This document shows positions 51,446 to 64,000 of a stretch of DNA of 64,000 nucleotides, one piece after another. A program made the translations under genes and the position numbers. A model generated the notes under the pieces. The model made no database searches. It was not told the DNA's origin and saw only the letters and a program-made list of their open reading frames with translations. How positions within the stretch are numbered: the first letter of the stretch is position 1; every line of letters begins with the position of its first letter. Source of the DNA: Adineta vaga (lineage: Eukaryota; Animalia; Rotifera); the NCBI GenBank assembly GCA_021613535.1, contig CP075495.1:1054001-1118000 (forward strand), read 5' to 3'.

Positions 51446-52520
51446 AAAATGACAGAAGTTTAAAAATTATTATAGGTTTTATGTAATTTATTTCAAGGAT
51501 AAATTTTTCAAAATAAACATACTTAGCGACAGCTGATACTCTATATTATTTCTTTTTAAAAATAAGAGAATAACATATCGATTCATTATTGTAATATAAA
51601 GAATTGAGAAAAAATACAACGCTTTGATTGTCTATTGTATCCTATAACGAATTTAAAAGTAAGGACAAAAGTTTATATATATATATATGAAAAGAATAGA
51701 GTTATGCGATGGAAATTTGTTGAGACATAGATAAAATCATAATAATTATCAGAAAGAAATGACATCAGATGATTTTATAGCGAGAATAAAATAAATTGAT
51801 TGATATCGATCGGTTAACATTTTCATTATGTCAAATATCTTAAGATAAATAAAACAAGTTTCAATGTGAAAGTTTAACATGTGTTAAAATGACCTTTAAA
51901 GGATAGAAGTTTGACATATGGTGTTATAAAATTGAATCGTTTTTCTTTTAATAATGATATTCATCGTACATGTTATAGAATTGAGTACGAAAGAAAGAAA
52001 GAAAGAATAATTCATCGTCTTCTTCTTCTTCTTTTCATTCTTTCTCGTTTTTTTTTAATTTAGTTATTCTCTCACTTGAACTCGAAACAATTGCCAATAC
52101 TAAAAGTTATACACTTGAAATATACTGAATAGAAAGAGGATGATTACCTATTTAAGAAATCTAAATATTGAATATCAACAATTTTCACTTCGCCTTCATA
52201 TATGATGCAATCATTAATAAACTGAATAAAGACGAAGAATTGAAAGTTTGTTGTAGTCAAGTCGCTTCCATACTTCTTTTTTAACGTTTCTTCTTGTCAC
52301 GTCTTTCATTATATGTACATATATACGCTCTTTTTTTCTTTCTTAGTTTTGTCTCTTACTATTGCCATTCTATTTATGTGCGAGCGGTATTTAAAATCAT
52401 ACAGTTTATTCTTTATTGACATCATCGATTGATTATTTCAAAAATATCAGAATTCATGGAGTATCATCATCCCGCTATGATTTTTTCTACAACACCGAAC
52501 AATACTCTTGGTGTGTAATA

Positions 52521-53316
52521 ATGAATAGAGGATACAGACAACAGATTGAAAAAGAAAAATGAGTATTCGAAAGAATTTTAATATTTTGTTTTTCTAGTAC
52601 ATCAAGTACAAGATTGGAAAATAATGCAAGTCATGAATAATAAAATTCGTGATGATGTTGTTAAAAAATATGCTCGATTTACTAAACGTGTTAATGGTGA
52701 AATGATCAAAGGTAAAGAAAATAGTAGGAAATTATTTTTAAAAATAGATAAATATGTTGTTGTTTTTTTTTGTCGTTTATAGTTATGTATGAATGGTATG
52801 AACGTGGTGATCGTCAACGAACATTTCAAAAACATTTTCGTTTGGAGATTAAGAAAGATACATTTGAAAAATACAATTATCGTTTTCCACGTAAAATTAT
52901 TTTCTTCATTTTAACATGAAAATTTCTTCTTTCTATATCAGATTTACAACGATTGACATTTGAACAGTTTTGTGAACTATTAGCACCTATTATAACAGGT
53001 CAATATAAGGATCATCAATTGTATCAAACATTTGAAAAGTTAGATTCGAATAACAATAATTATTTGGATGTAGACGAATTAGAAAATTTATTAACAATTG
53101 TTGGTCGATCAGAATCAAATTATAAAATAGAACATATTATTTCACAATTAACAATGGAAGGAAAACTCGATTTTCAAGGTAAAAGAAAAAGATTTTTATT
53201 CATGATGATATCTTTTTTGTTCTTTTTTCTTTGTAGATTTTAAACGATTTATTTCGGAAGGATTTGCTCGTGAACTTTTAATGCCATCATTTGAGAATAC
53301 AAATGAAAATCATTGA
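52521..53316 (+). CDS. EF-hand calcium-binding protein (multi-exon; 5' end uncertain)
   Basis: [23 protein letters not shown] (EF loop) and GKLDFQ/DFKRFI; GT-AG introns near 52712-52782, 52891-52941 and 53179-53236. Confidence 0.7.
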
Positions 53317-53934
53317 TTTTCATTTGAAATCTATTCTATCGAAAACATTTTTGTGGTTTGTCTTACTGTCACATTGTGCACTGAAAATTCAGTTTGATTT
53401 CTATATGATGTATTTCATAAATCAATCTGAAAGATTCTATACTTATCTTTCGATCATCTCGGTGACACTATCATTTATGCGTGCTTCTAAACTATTTCAT
53501 ATGTATTTACATATTTGTGTATGTCTTTTAAGTAGTACTTATTTTACATTTAAAATAATTAACACAAGAACAACTATATATTTGAAACTTGGAGCTACGC
53601 GACTATTAGACAAAGTTTTCGATTGGGAATCCTATAGTATCCAATGTCGGATTCGTACACATGGGACCTAATGACACTAAGCACTTTTATCATTCTCTCT
53701 CAAGATTTCAGTTGGAATTGGATTCGTTTTTTTCTTTTTACCTGATGATGGTCAAGAACCTTCCAGACTGAAAACTTCATATGTTAGAAAACGACAGGAG
53801 ACGTACATAAGCTTGTCCTTGAAATTTTTCATATATACCACTACAGATCCACACGCACACCCTCAAGATATATAGATAGATTCCGAAAGAATTATTGAAA
53901 ATACATTGTTCGTTTTCAAAGAGAAATATAAAAA

Positions 53935-54678
53935 TCAAATAAGTGTACACGTTGAGTTTTGTTTAGGATGCATTAGTGCAACGTAATCTTCATCACTTCG
54001 ACTACACTCAACAGATCGTCTTGCTAGTCGCCAAGTCAATGGTTGGTCGGATTTTAATCGTACTCTCCAATTTTTATCATCTCGGAAAACACCGTCTTTA
54101 TTCCAAAGTCGTGGATCAAAATTAATAACATCACTATGATTTATACACCAGACGCAGATGTCAAGTTCTCGTAGGATATTCTGTCGATGATGTTTGCGCA
54201 TGTTTTCAAACCATCGATTCCATTTTCGACCATTAGCCCAACTAGAATCTAAATTTGTTAGAACGTTTATTTTTAATTCACGTAATTGAGAACATTGAAA
54301 TACAAGATCAATTAATGAATTAAAAGATATATCAACAAATGAAGTAATAATAATTTTATCTAAATAATTCGTATTGATTTGTGAGTAATTATTCATAAAT
54401 CGAAGAAATGAATCAACATAATTTAATTCCAAGCTTATAAATTGATGATTTTCATTTAGAAATGGTAGAATATAATCAATAATAAAGATACTTTGATGTA
54501 TTCCTATATGACGTGTTAAATGAAGATGATGTCGTTTTCTCGACGAAAAACATTTGATTAACGTTCTAAAACGTTCGTTCAATAGAAAAAATTCATAATT
54601 TAAATCGATAATTGACAAATAAGTAAATATTTCATGAATAAAAATTTCATTGGGAAGGTTTTCCAATAATGATATCAT
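53935..54678 (-). CDS. F-box domain protein
   Basis: N-terminal LENLPNEIF.HEIFTYLSIIDL...F..LN.RF and LRR-like CSQLREL.I. Confidence 0.72.
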   Translation of the reverse strand: MISLLENLPNEIFIHEIFTYLSIIDLNYEFFLLNERFRTLIKCFSSRKRHHLHLTRHIGIHQSIFIIDYILPFLNENHQFISLELNYVDSFLRFMNNYSQINTNYLDKIIITSFVDISFNSLIDLVFQCSQLRELKINVLTNLDSSWANGRKWNRWFENMRKHHRQNILRELDICVWCINHSDVINFDPRLWNKDGVFRDDKNWRVRLKSDQPLTWRLARRSVECSRSDEDYVALMHPKQNSTCTLI

Positions 54679-54955
54679 GATGAAATCTTATGTTAACATT
54701 TGAAAATGACAAAAAAAAATGCAACTCATCATACAGATAAGATAATGTTATAGATACAATGATTCATTTTATATAAACATTCACAATTATCAAGTTTTAG
54801 ACTTGAAATTTTTCTCTAATATAGAAAAAAGTCATATTATGTTATAGATAGTATTTATTATTGTTGATGTACAACTTTTGTTTAATTTTATACTGATTAT
54901 TTTTAACAAACATTAGAGAACAATATCAATTTATTTGTTGTTGTTTATATCAAAA

Positions 54956-55713
54956 TCAACGACATACATATAATTGAGTATTATCGCCACACCAATTTCG
55001 ATCATCACAATTGAAGAAATTTGAAACACAATAATTATTTTTACAACGATAAAGATTATCATTTCGTGAACATGTAGCTACAGCTAATAATAAAGAAATA
55101 TGTTGAAATCTCTAAAAATAGAATTGAAATAACTTACGAAAATTAATGGCTACATTCATTACAAAACCACTTCCCACTTTTCCATCAGCATTGGATATAA
55201 ATTCAATAATAGCAGTATTAGAATTTATTGTCTAAAAAGAAGAAAAAAAACCCATAATATAGATTTGATCGATTTGAAAGTATTGATTTTACTCGAGAAT
55301 AATATTTTGTTGTTCCACATTGTTGTGATTGATTTTTATTTAAGAGAGTTGTTTGATTTATTCTTCCATCATATATTCTAATACTATCACCACCACATGC
55401 AATATCCATTTTATCAACAACGATTATAATTCGTTGATTTTGTGTTGGTGCTTTTATTGTTAAAAGACAGTTCACATTCTGTTTATAATTACCTGAACTT
55501 AAACTAAAAAATGTTCCTGGCAATTTATCACCATTTAATGTAATTGTTGTATCACAATTTTTATCCATATCTAATCATATACAAATCTGAAATGTGTATT
55601 TCGAGCATTTATTACTTACTAGTAGAACTATATGTTGAGCCTGTACCACGAGCCCATGATATAACTGGTAACGATAGTAGAATGATTAGTATTGTTACTT
55701 GGGATGCCAACAT
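54956..55713 (-). CDS. Secreted CUB + LDL-receptor class A domain protein
   Basis: Signal peptide MLASQVTILIILLSL, CUB motifs (NY..N.NC.LTI.AP, C..DSIRIYDG, F.S......SGF) and LDLa-like CKNNYCVS..FNCD....CGDNT. Confidence 0.8.
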
Positions 55714-56402
55714 TTTGTTAATTCTGATAATGTTGATTTCTAATCTCTTTCTTTATATAGCAACGCAAATCAAACATACTTATTCATCATCATCATCATC
55801 AAAAAGCACACCTAGGAAATTGTTTTCTTTTTGCACATGATGCATACACAATAATGAAAGAGTAAACGAAAAATGTTGTCCTCGTCGTTCGAATAAGGTA
55901 AAGTACATTCAACCGATAGTGATGCCATTAAAAAAAATATTTCTTCTTTCCTCTGTGAAGAAACATTGCGGACATATAACCGTCATTATGCAATCATTCT
56001 AAGATTATTCATTGACGATACCAATAAAAATTTCCTTACGAGAAAAGTATATCCTGATTTTATTTGTACATATAATCAGAATGAATAAGTATAGTGTCAT
56101 ACTTGAAAGTTGAATTCGAATATTTATCGATAAAAATTGGACATAACATTTCATTTCTTTAAAAATACAATCGATTTGAATTTCATGTCTATATATTTGC
56201 ATATGAATATTTGATTTCTACACTTTGTTTCATGCCAAACGAAAAAACAAGCAAATAAAACGGGCATTTCTCACAGAAAATAATAGAAAAGAAGAGCATT
56301 TTTTCTCTATCAAACTTAATATATGGTACTAAAATGTCGTTGCCACTAATTTTGGATAACTCTATGTATATGTCCGTTTTGTTAATGTGACAGAAATAAT
56401 TA

Positions 56403-57985
56403 TTATATTGAATTCATTCTATATCTACGTCGATTAATTCGTCTTCTTTTAATCGATTTCGAGCCATCAATTAACAAAGAACCAGAATGAATGTTTACAT
56501 CTGATTTTTCTACTCCATGATCACTAAGATCATACGTCGGTACAGTTAGATCCTTGATATTAAAGAGTATCGAAATAATTTCTTGAAGACGTTGTTTAAC
56601 AGTTTTTTCAAAATTCAAATCACTAGTACTTAAACCAATTGATAACGCTGATGTAAGAAAATGAAATCGTTTTCGTTCTGCTAATGATTGTTGAGCTTTT
56701 TCAATTTGTTCTTGTGTTGGATTAATTGCAAAGAGACGATCAAAATTTGAATCACCTATTTCTTTACGTAAATCATTGAAGAAACGTTCAGTAGCATCAA
56801 TAGCTAATTTAACTGCATCTAAACTAAGAAAAAGTTATATGATTTTAAAACTCATATAAATATAATCTCATGAAAATACATACTGAAGATAGAAATGAGG
56901 AGAATACATTGGTGTTAATGTATCTTTATTGATTCCACCAATCGCAACTTGGTGAGATGTTTTATCCATAATGGAACCATGTGAACATTTCTCAACATTA
57001 GTTGGTTTTATGATTGGTTCTTCTTTTTCATTGAATTGATTCGACATATAACCACTAGTAAGTAAATCTTGTTTATTAATCTCATCTAAAATATTATCTC
57101 GGCAATCATAATATTCCAAAGGACACGTTTTAAGAATAAGTTTTTGCATTAAATTCTTAAAAAAGAAATACAATATTTTTCATAGATTATTGAAGTTTGA
57201 TATAAATCTTACACATTTTGTTTGCATCTTTGTACAACCTGTATTTGTACATGTTGCTTGATTAATACCAGCTACTTGACCAATGTCTTCTTGTAAAGCA
57301 AGACGATCATTGATTGTTGTTTTTCCCATTTCAATCCAATTTGAATGAGAATAAAAATCTTGAAGTGTATGAAGCAAATCTCCAATTCTTCCACGCGCCT
57401 TTTCTAGATTTTTAGTTGGATCTTTGATATCTTCAAGAACTATATATATATATATATAAAAGTTAATAGATCAAATTTACTATCAAATTAAGAATTTCTA
57501 CTTTTTGTTCTCAAATTTATTAATCGTTGATTACTTTCTTTAAACGATTCACTATCAAAATGAGCAGATGGCAAATTTTTCGTCGTTGGATTTAAATCAA
57601 CTAGAGCATCTCTTATTTGAATTGTATCAATGATACTTTTTAATGGATAAGAATATAAGCTAACTTGATCAGTTGTCCATTCAGGATGAACTATTTGATA
57701 GAGCTGTTCAATCGTATGTTGACCTTGAAATTTATCCGTATTCGCACCTTTTTGACTTTCTACATCGAGGAAAAATCGAGTAAGACTTCGAATAAATCCA
57801 AGTTGAACCTGTTCTGTATGGGTTATACCTATGATAGAGAGATTTATAATGAATATTTCCTATATGAGACGAATAATTCTTTTACTTTCTCCAGCTTGAC
57901 CGCCGAGTCGAACTGCCGGATGAGGTATAAATGCATTTGTAATAGTAAGATACACGCTTATGTACAACCAATACGCGATAAACAT
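56403..57985 (-). CDS. VWA7 N-terminal/HET-C-like domain protein (secreted), with no recognisable VWA domain
   Basis: Signal peptide, AHFDSE, LHTLQDFYSHSNWIEMG, LLTSGY, KCSHG...D, GGINKD and AVKLAIDAT..FF..LR..IGD..F.RL; multi-exon. Confidence 0.78.
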
Positions 57986-58759
57986 ATTTTATGTTAACAA
58001 ATCTTTCAATGAATATGCGTGTTTTTTAAAACCAAAAAAGAAAAGCAGCCATAATCATTTTCCCTCTTAATCGTTTATATCAGTATATGAATACATATTT
58101 TATGAATGTATTTAATCGATCAAATACACGGCAAAAACAGAACTCGATTGACTGATTCATGATCAATTACAAGTTTGCATGAATACTTACAATAGGTCAC
58201 CTTGATATATATATATATATATATAAAATCAATAAATAATCGTGTTTACGGCAATAAAAACATGCAGTATATCTTTTCTATACTTACCGAGTGTTAAGAA
58301 GATTACAATTATTTCATACAGTGGTCTATTTGAATTCTTTCTGGATTTGAAGAGCATTCACTATTCTCTTTTCATGTAGAAACTATAAAAATCTCTAAGC
58401 TACCACCAGACTATCCATTCATAGAATTTTAAAGAACTAATATCATATTCGTGTTTCTCTACGAGAAAGAATAACAGAACAAATAAAAACTTTAAAAGTT
58501 TATTAAAATATTTCAGCTGTATGCCTATGTCATTATTGCTACGTCGTCACAATTAATCACATGGAGTAGTACAATATATATATATATATATATATGCAGT
58601 ACAAAATCTTTCTTTTTTTTTCTTCATAGGTCTTGACAAATGACATCGGTTATTACATCATCATTTTCTACATCTGATATGTCTGATAATTCGAAATTCG
58701 ATCATTTACCTATAATGAGTTAATTATTTGTGTCTTTGTATACTTAACACTAGCAGAGA

Positions 58760-59300
58760 ATTATCAATCATTTTTCAATTGCAATGAACGTCTTCGAAAA
58801 CTAGTAAAACACTATGTGAATTACAGCTGTCATGAACTTGATCAAGATATAACAAGATTTTCTAAATTACATAATTGGTACAAACACTTAACTTATACTG
58901 ATGGTGGTAATATGTTTCACCTCGTGCCATCAAAGGGTGAGCAAAAACGTTATAGGTTTCTGATTACCTTGGGATCCATTGGCATTTTTGGAGACCATAT
59001 TCATCACTATCTGATAAAAGGATGGAACAGATTAGTCAGAAATATCTGATTAAGCTCAATCTTCTCTTCTATCTTTATTCAGAATTTTTTGAAATACATG
59101 ACAAGGATTTTCAAGAATTTATGATTCAATATTATCCATTACAGTAGGAGACCTTGGCCACGACTCTGTTCTCTGGTTCCGACTCTGATCAATGTAAGAG
59201 TTTACTACAATTTATTTATGACAATGAGCCCAAACGCTTAAGAAAGATAATACATCAATCAGCCTATTCTGTATGGCAAGAAATATAAGGATTAGACGAT
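58760..59300 (+). pseudogene. Frameshifted remnant of an unknown gene
   Basis: Coding-like stretch ELDQDITRFSKLHNWYKHL...FHLVP..GEQ continues in other frames (PWDPLAF/HWHF), with stops. Confidence 0.35.
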
Positions 59301-59417
59301 GTTGACATATCACAGATTAAATAAAGAACAAAATAAAAATATGTATTTGAAATTCTTTTTCTAATGATGAATCTCTACGAGTTGAATTATGTTTGGCTTC
59401 TTGTTCTTGCAACACTT

Positions 59418-61139
59418 CTAATTTCTATCAAGTATAAATTTAGGTGATGTGTTCGAACCATTGATACGTTGAATCAGAAGTACCCAATCATCAAAAGGAG
59501 TGGGCTGCCTGGGAATATTCCAAAGTCCAATTGTTGTCGGTGACCATCCTTTTTCAATAATTGTGTATGTCCCATTGCGTGGATTGAACCACTGCGAGAT
59601 ATATGTGCTTGTAGGTGACAAATTTTTTACTGTACCATTATAAACAGTACCATTCGTTTGCAATGGTAAATAAGCAACTACTAATGTACGATTATTACCA
59701 TCCGATTTCTGATACGGTCTTTGAGTATCATTAGGGGCATTTAACCAAACAATACTATTTTCATCCGGATTTAATGTCCACCAATCAAATGATGTCCAAA
59801 ACTGTGCCATAAAAGACATTTGTTCACCCACAGGAAAATCAATTGCAATATTCCAAGCTCGCGCATCACTACCTGTACCACAATTAAAATTTGATTCTTC
59901 TGCTGTATAACAACCCCACCATATTCCTTGCGCGCCATACGTAAATCCAAATGTACCCGCAATTTGTGATTGCCATGCACTCTGTCGAGTTTTCCATTTA
60001 GGTGTTGGTGTTCCACCACCATATGGTGGTATAATATCTTCATAATTCGCTTCATCTTCAAGTATCGGTCTTGCTGGTATCGCATTGTATTGAGTAAGCC
60101 AATAATCGACTGAGTTCACTCGATTATGAGCTTGTTGTAGAGTAACAAATCCATACCATAGTTGATCATGATAAGCAATTGGATTTGTTGCAGCATTATG
60201 CATACTATTAGCACGTTTATATGGATCAAGATCGAATACATAAGCAGCAACATTTGCCCAACATGGACCACATGCTCCAGAGTAGACATCATTATATTCC
60301 TGTGCAGTTATCCATACAGTTGGATAGGCACCATATCGTGCTAGCATATAACGTGCTAAACGTTTATGATCAGGTTCAACAGATGCATTTTTCATACTTC
60401 GACCAATTCCTTGTGCCATTGAAATCACCATTCCTTTCGATGCTAAATATTGTATGCGATAATCGATATTTTGCCAAAAGCCTGTATTTAAATCGATGAA
60501 AAAGCCGCCTTTTCCCCAAGCTGGCCCACCTTCATTCGATGGAATGTTTCCTTGTTCATTGTTATTCGCAAATGTTTCTGCTTTCCAAACTGTAAATCCT
60601 TGTTCACACCGTCGATCAACTAAACCTTTGAACATTGAACTAAATCTTTCATCATTCGATTGATTAAATCGTTCTGCAATATTAAAACCAGACCAGTGTG
60701 TATCTCCTAACCAGTAAAAAGGTGTCCCATCAGCGTATGTTAAATATCGATTGTTTACACTTGGTTTTACAAATCCATGTTGATAGATAGGAAGCAAACC
60801 GATATATGTATTGCACAAAATGAAACCGGTCTGATTATTAAGATTAATATCACTAGCTCGTGTTTGATATCGCCATAGACCAACAACGGTAGGGGCGAAG
60901 CGAATTTTCCATTTTTCTTCACCATCCCAAAATCCAGGCATCATCATAGTGTATCCACTTGGTGATATAAATATTGCGTAGAAATCATCGACATCTGTGT
61001 ATGGATTTGAATAGTTATGCGCTGCTCTCAATTGAATCTCTACGACATTCCAACATTGAACAGTGAAATTCACTGCCTCGATTGATTTACATGCAAATAT
61101 GAGATTTAAAATAATAATTTGCAAACGAAAACAAAGCAT
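59418..61139 (-). CDS. DUF5060-DUF4038 (apiosidase/GH140-like) + C-terminal collagen-binding-like domain, secreted
   Basis: GFWDG...WKIRFAP...G.W.Y, RYL.YADGTPFYWLGDTHW, ARYGAYP.VW, E.NYE, G.TYGA.GIW, WFNPRNG and DDWVLLI. The likely start is ML(61139), followed by a signal peptide; intronless. Confidence 0.85.
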   Translation of the reverse strand: MLCFRLQIIILNLIFACKSIEAVNFTVQCWNVVEIQLRAAHNYSNPYTDVDDFYAIFISPSGYTMMMPGFWDGEEKWKIRFAPTVVGLWRYQTRASDINLNNQTGFILCNTYIGLLPIYQHGFVKPSVNNRYLTYADGTPFYWLGDTHWSGFNIAERFNQSNDERFSSMFKGLVDRRCEQGFTVWKAETFANNNEQGNIPSNEGGPAWGKGGFFIDLNTGFWQNIDYRIQYLASKGMVISMAQGIGRSMKNASVEPDHKRLARYMLARYGAYPTVWITAQEYNDVYSGACGPCWANVAAYVFDLDPYKRANSMHNAATNPIAYHDQLWYGFVTLQQAHNRVNSVDYWLTQYNAIPARPILEDEANYEDIIPPYGGGTPTPKWKTRQSAWQSQIAGTFGFTYGAQGIWWGCYTAEESNFNCGTGSDARAWNIAIDFPVGEQMSFMAQFWTSFDWWTLNPDENSIVWLNAPNDTQRPYQKSDGNNRTLVVAYLPLQTNGTVYNGTVKNLSPTSTYISQWFNPRNGTYTIIEKGWSPTTIGLWNIPRQPTPFDDWVLLIQRINGSNTSPKFILDRN

Positions 61140-61966
61140 ATCTTGAATTTTTAAATATTCAGTCTGTTTTTCATAATTTTCGTTCTCTTGAATCTGTGCA
61201 CATGCATTCATGTCTATATGATAAAGAATATTATCATTATTTTTATCAGGCAGTACACAGGTGTAGTTTTTCATAAGTAATAAAACTGAAAGCCATACTT
61301 TCTTATAATTTTTCAAGAAATTGTAAATTCATCCGTAAACATACTAGAGCATCCACGGAAAAATAAACTAAGTGATACCGCGGTTTTTGACGGTTTGTAA
61401 GTTGAAGGTTTGAAATAGTTACTATGAATCGCAAAAGTCAGACCTTTTATTGGGTTTTTTAAAACCGCCACAAACCGCGGTTCTTCACGGTTTTCGAGAA
61501 AATTCTAATTCATTGTAGTGGTATTTTATTTCTGCCATCTGTCCGGTAATCCTTGATTTTCCATGTTCGCCACTAGTCTACGATCTCGACACGTTGATCT
61601 CATACCGCGGTCGACTCTTATAGTAGTATTATCTATTTTATCTTTATCTACTTCTTGTTAGATTCGAACTTATTACCATGTGATTGTCGTTCACTAATTC
61701 CATTGAACCACGTGGTGATGTATATATTAAGATCAGATATAATAGTCTATCTGATTTGTAATGAAAAATTGTTTCATATAAAAATATAGATATCATATAC
61801 GAGTAAAATATTATTAATTTCATAAATCTTTCTCATTAATTTATGATATCTCTGAAACTTTGTTAGATTTCCTCGAGTAACTTTATTTACAGTATACTTT
61901 GTATATAATCTATAGAATCACAGTTATCCTCTATAATATGACCATTGGTATATAAACATACTTTAT

Positions 61967-62164
61967 TGTGATAAAACCATACCTGGTGGAAGGTAGGATG
62001 TGAGGTGATAAGCTTTATTGAGGGAATAATAATGAGATGGAACACATACATACACAAGTAGAAGCACTGCTCTTATATACTATTCGTGATCACATGTACA
62101 TGAGTCATGGATTCCTTGACTCATGAGTTATTATGGCTGAAGGCCATGACATAGGGATTTATCA
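61967..62164 (-). mobile_element. Possible solo LTR
   Basis: TG...CA ends with a short inverted repeat (tgataaa/tttatca). On the minus strand a TATA (tatataag, ~62075) precedes AATAAA (~62015). No TSD was found. Confidence 0.35.
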
Positions 62165-64000
62165 GAATTTGTAGATATTCAACCGCGGTTTTGTGCGGTA
62201 CTGAAAAGTCTAAATATCGAGCATAGTATTGAAATTCAGTAAATATATGTAAATCTTAATACTAAAACACATCTAAGTTATTAAGAAAGTTATAAGATCT
62301 CGATCTTATTGACTAACAAAACAAATTTATGTATTTTTCTGTATCTGAACAATCTACAAGCTTGTTAATACTATCAGAAGTAATCATCTGACTTAACTGT
62401 GGCTATAACGTATTCTATATACCCATACTTTCTAAAAATCTGCTAAATCCCTAGGTATAGTTAATGTCTATTTACATTTCATATTGATCTGGTTTATTTT
62501 CTTTGTATAGCTTCACCTTTTTAAATTCTAACTGTTCTAATTTTAGTTGCACTATATTATCATCTAAATTGAAAAATTAATTAAAATATTATCATTTGTT
62601 GCCATTTAATAAAAATACTCTATTTTGATTTAAAAATCACATATATCTATACTGTAAAAAAGTGTGGAATAGCCAACAATAAAAGCGTTTATGATGGTCT
62701 CATAAACGTAAAAAAAGATTTATGAATTTTCACTGTATAAGGAACTCCGTTTTTATTGTATTTGACGAAGATATAAATCCCTTCTGGATTTATGAATCAC
62801 TTCAAAAAACAGAAAAAATGGTTTATTATACGTTGCGAATCGTCAAATCGTTATTTTTATAACGTAGTTTTTTCCAACTTTCTATGTTGTAGGATGATGA
62901 TAAATTTAGTTTTAATCGATGAGAAAATGTTTTTATCTCATACTGTGACTTTTAAGTAATAAGTTTTATTTATATAATCTTATTAGAAAAATAACGTTAG
63001 AAAATCCAGTCATGTTTTGAAAATAAACTGATTCAAATAATGGTACTATTCGATATAATATGCAGACCGCGGTTTCTAATAGAGATTTCGCGAATAAAAA
63101 TACCGTAAAAGATGAAGGTTCCCTGATTCCGCAACTAGTTGCCAGCATACCGTGTTTTTTCAAAATCTCGGTTTTCAATGGTGCATACACTGCGGTTTCA
63201 TTCAAGTATATCGTGGTGCGTCTTAATGTCGGTGTAACTTACCGCAGTTAATTGCGTTTTTTTCTACCCATCGTGGTCATTACGAAAAAAACGCGTCTAA
63301 CGGAGGTATCTACTTAAATATTTTTCCGTGGGCAGTTCTTAATCCTATAACGATGAGTTTCTCATCGATGCTTGTAATAAGAAGCTTACGCGACTAAAAA
63401 AGCCTATTGAAACGTTTGCTACAATAGTAAAGGCAACGACTTCATGAACAATGACGAGTGATATTTAATCTCGCGAAATCCTGTGCACATTGTTGTAATG
63501 GTGTCTTTTTTGTAGCACATCTATTATCCCTTTTCAGGATTGAGTCGAGCGAGGGCCAAAGGACCGGTGCGTTACTTGTATGAAAAAGCTCTATTGTTCA
63601 TATGTGATATGTTTTTGACAAATTTCTTAGATTTAATTCAGTTTGATAGACTTTAATATGGTATTATCGAGCAAAATAGCTTTTCAACAGCACACCCCTA
63701 TTTTTTATCTCTTATTTTCATGGAAGATAAGGTTACATAAAATAAATGAAAAGTACTTGAATGTTTGTAGCGAATTATAGATCAAAGATTTAGAAAATTT
63801 GCTTTTATAAGTTTCTGAGAAAAAATGATGTGCATTTTATGTTATCATGAGAAATAGAAAGGAGTATAGAAAAACTAAACAATGACAGTTTAACCTTAGC
63901 GATATTAATAACACCGACCCTCAATGATTGTGTCTAAGCTTTATTCATTGACATGCATGAAGCTCTATCCAGTTCTTTCTCCACTTTTGGTGGCGTTAGC

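Noticed and set aside
61140-61316. N-terminal extension of ORF 59418-61316
   Set aside because: It begins at a non-ATG codon and precedes a good Met + signal peptide at 61139.
1-64000. CRISPR arrays, rRNA, tRNA, intact transposase or reverse-transcriptase ORFs
   Set aside because: None recognisable by eye; no regularly spaced direct repeats. A tRNAscan/Infernal run would be needed to exclude small RNAs.

Overview
AT-rich eukaryotic genomic DNA with many short (~50-60 nt) GT-AG introns. The gene families (ART-TPR, NHL repeats, intronless GPCRs, F-box relics, bacterial- and fungal-type enzymes) point to a bdelloid rotifer; this is an inference. Conserved genes include the 3' end of a SWIB-domain gene, PA200/PSME4, a Ski/Sno homolog, a GT31, a CUB-LDLa protein and an EF-hand protein. 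Likely foreign-derived genes are a YeeE/YedE transporter, a GT15 mannosyltransferase, a DUF4038/apiosidase-like protein and an Apple domain fused to a bacterial-type jelly-roll. There are several pseudogenes and TE relics, plus a spacer-less ~3.8 kb palindrome that abuts a foldback element. The standout is a spliced gene at ~18.5-21.1 kb. It joins three NZF/RanBP2 zinc fingers, six 23-aa Asn/Gly-anchored Ala-rich repeats and a domain aligning motif by motif with the catalytic domain of Pseudomonas exotoxin A, cholix and diphtheria toxin, with Lys in place of the conserved His. It is one of three ADP-ribosyltransferase genes in the first 21 kb. All homology calls come from motif recognition by eye, not from database searches.
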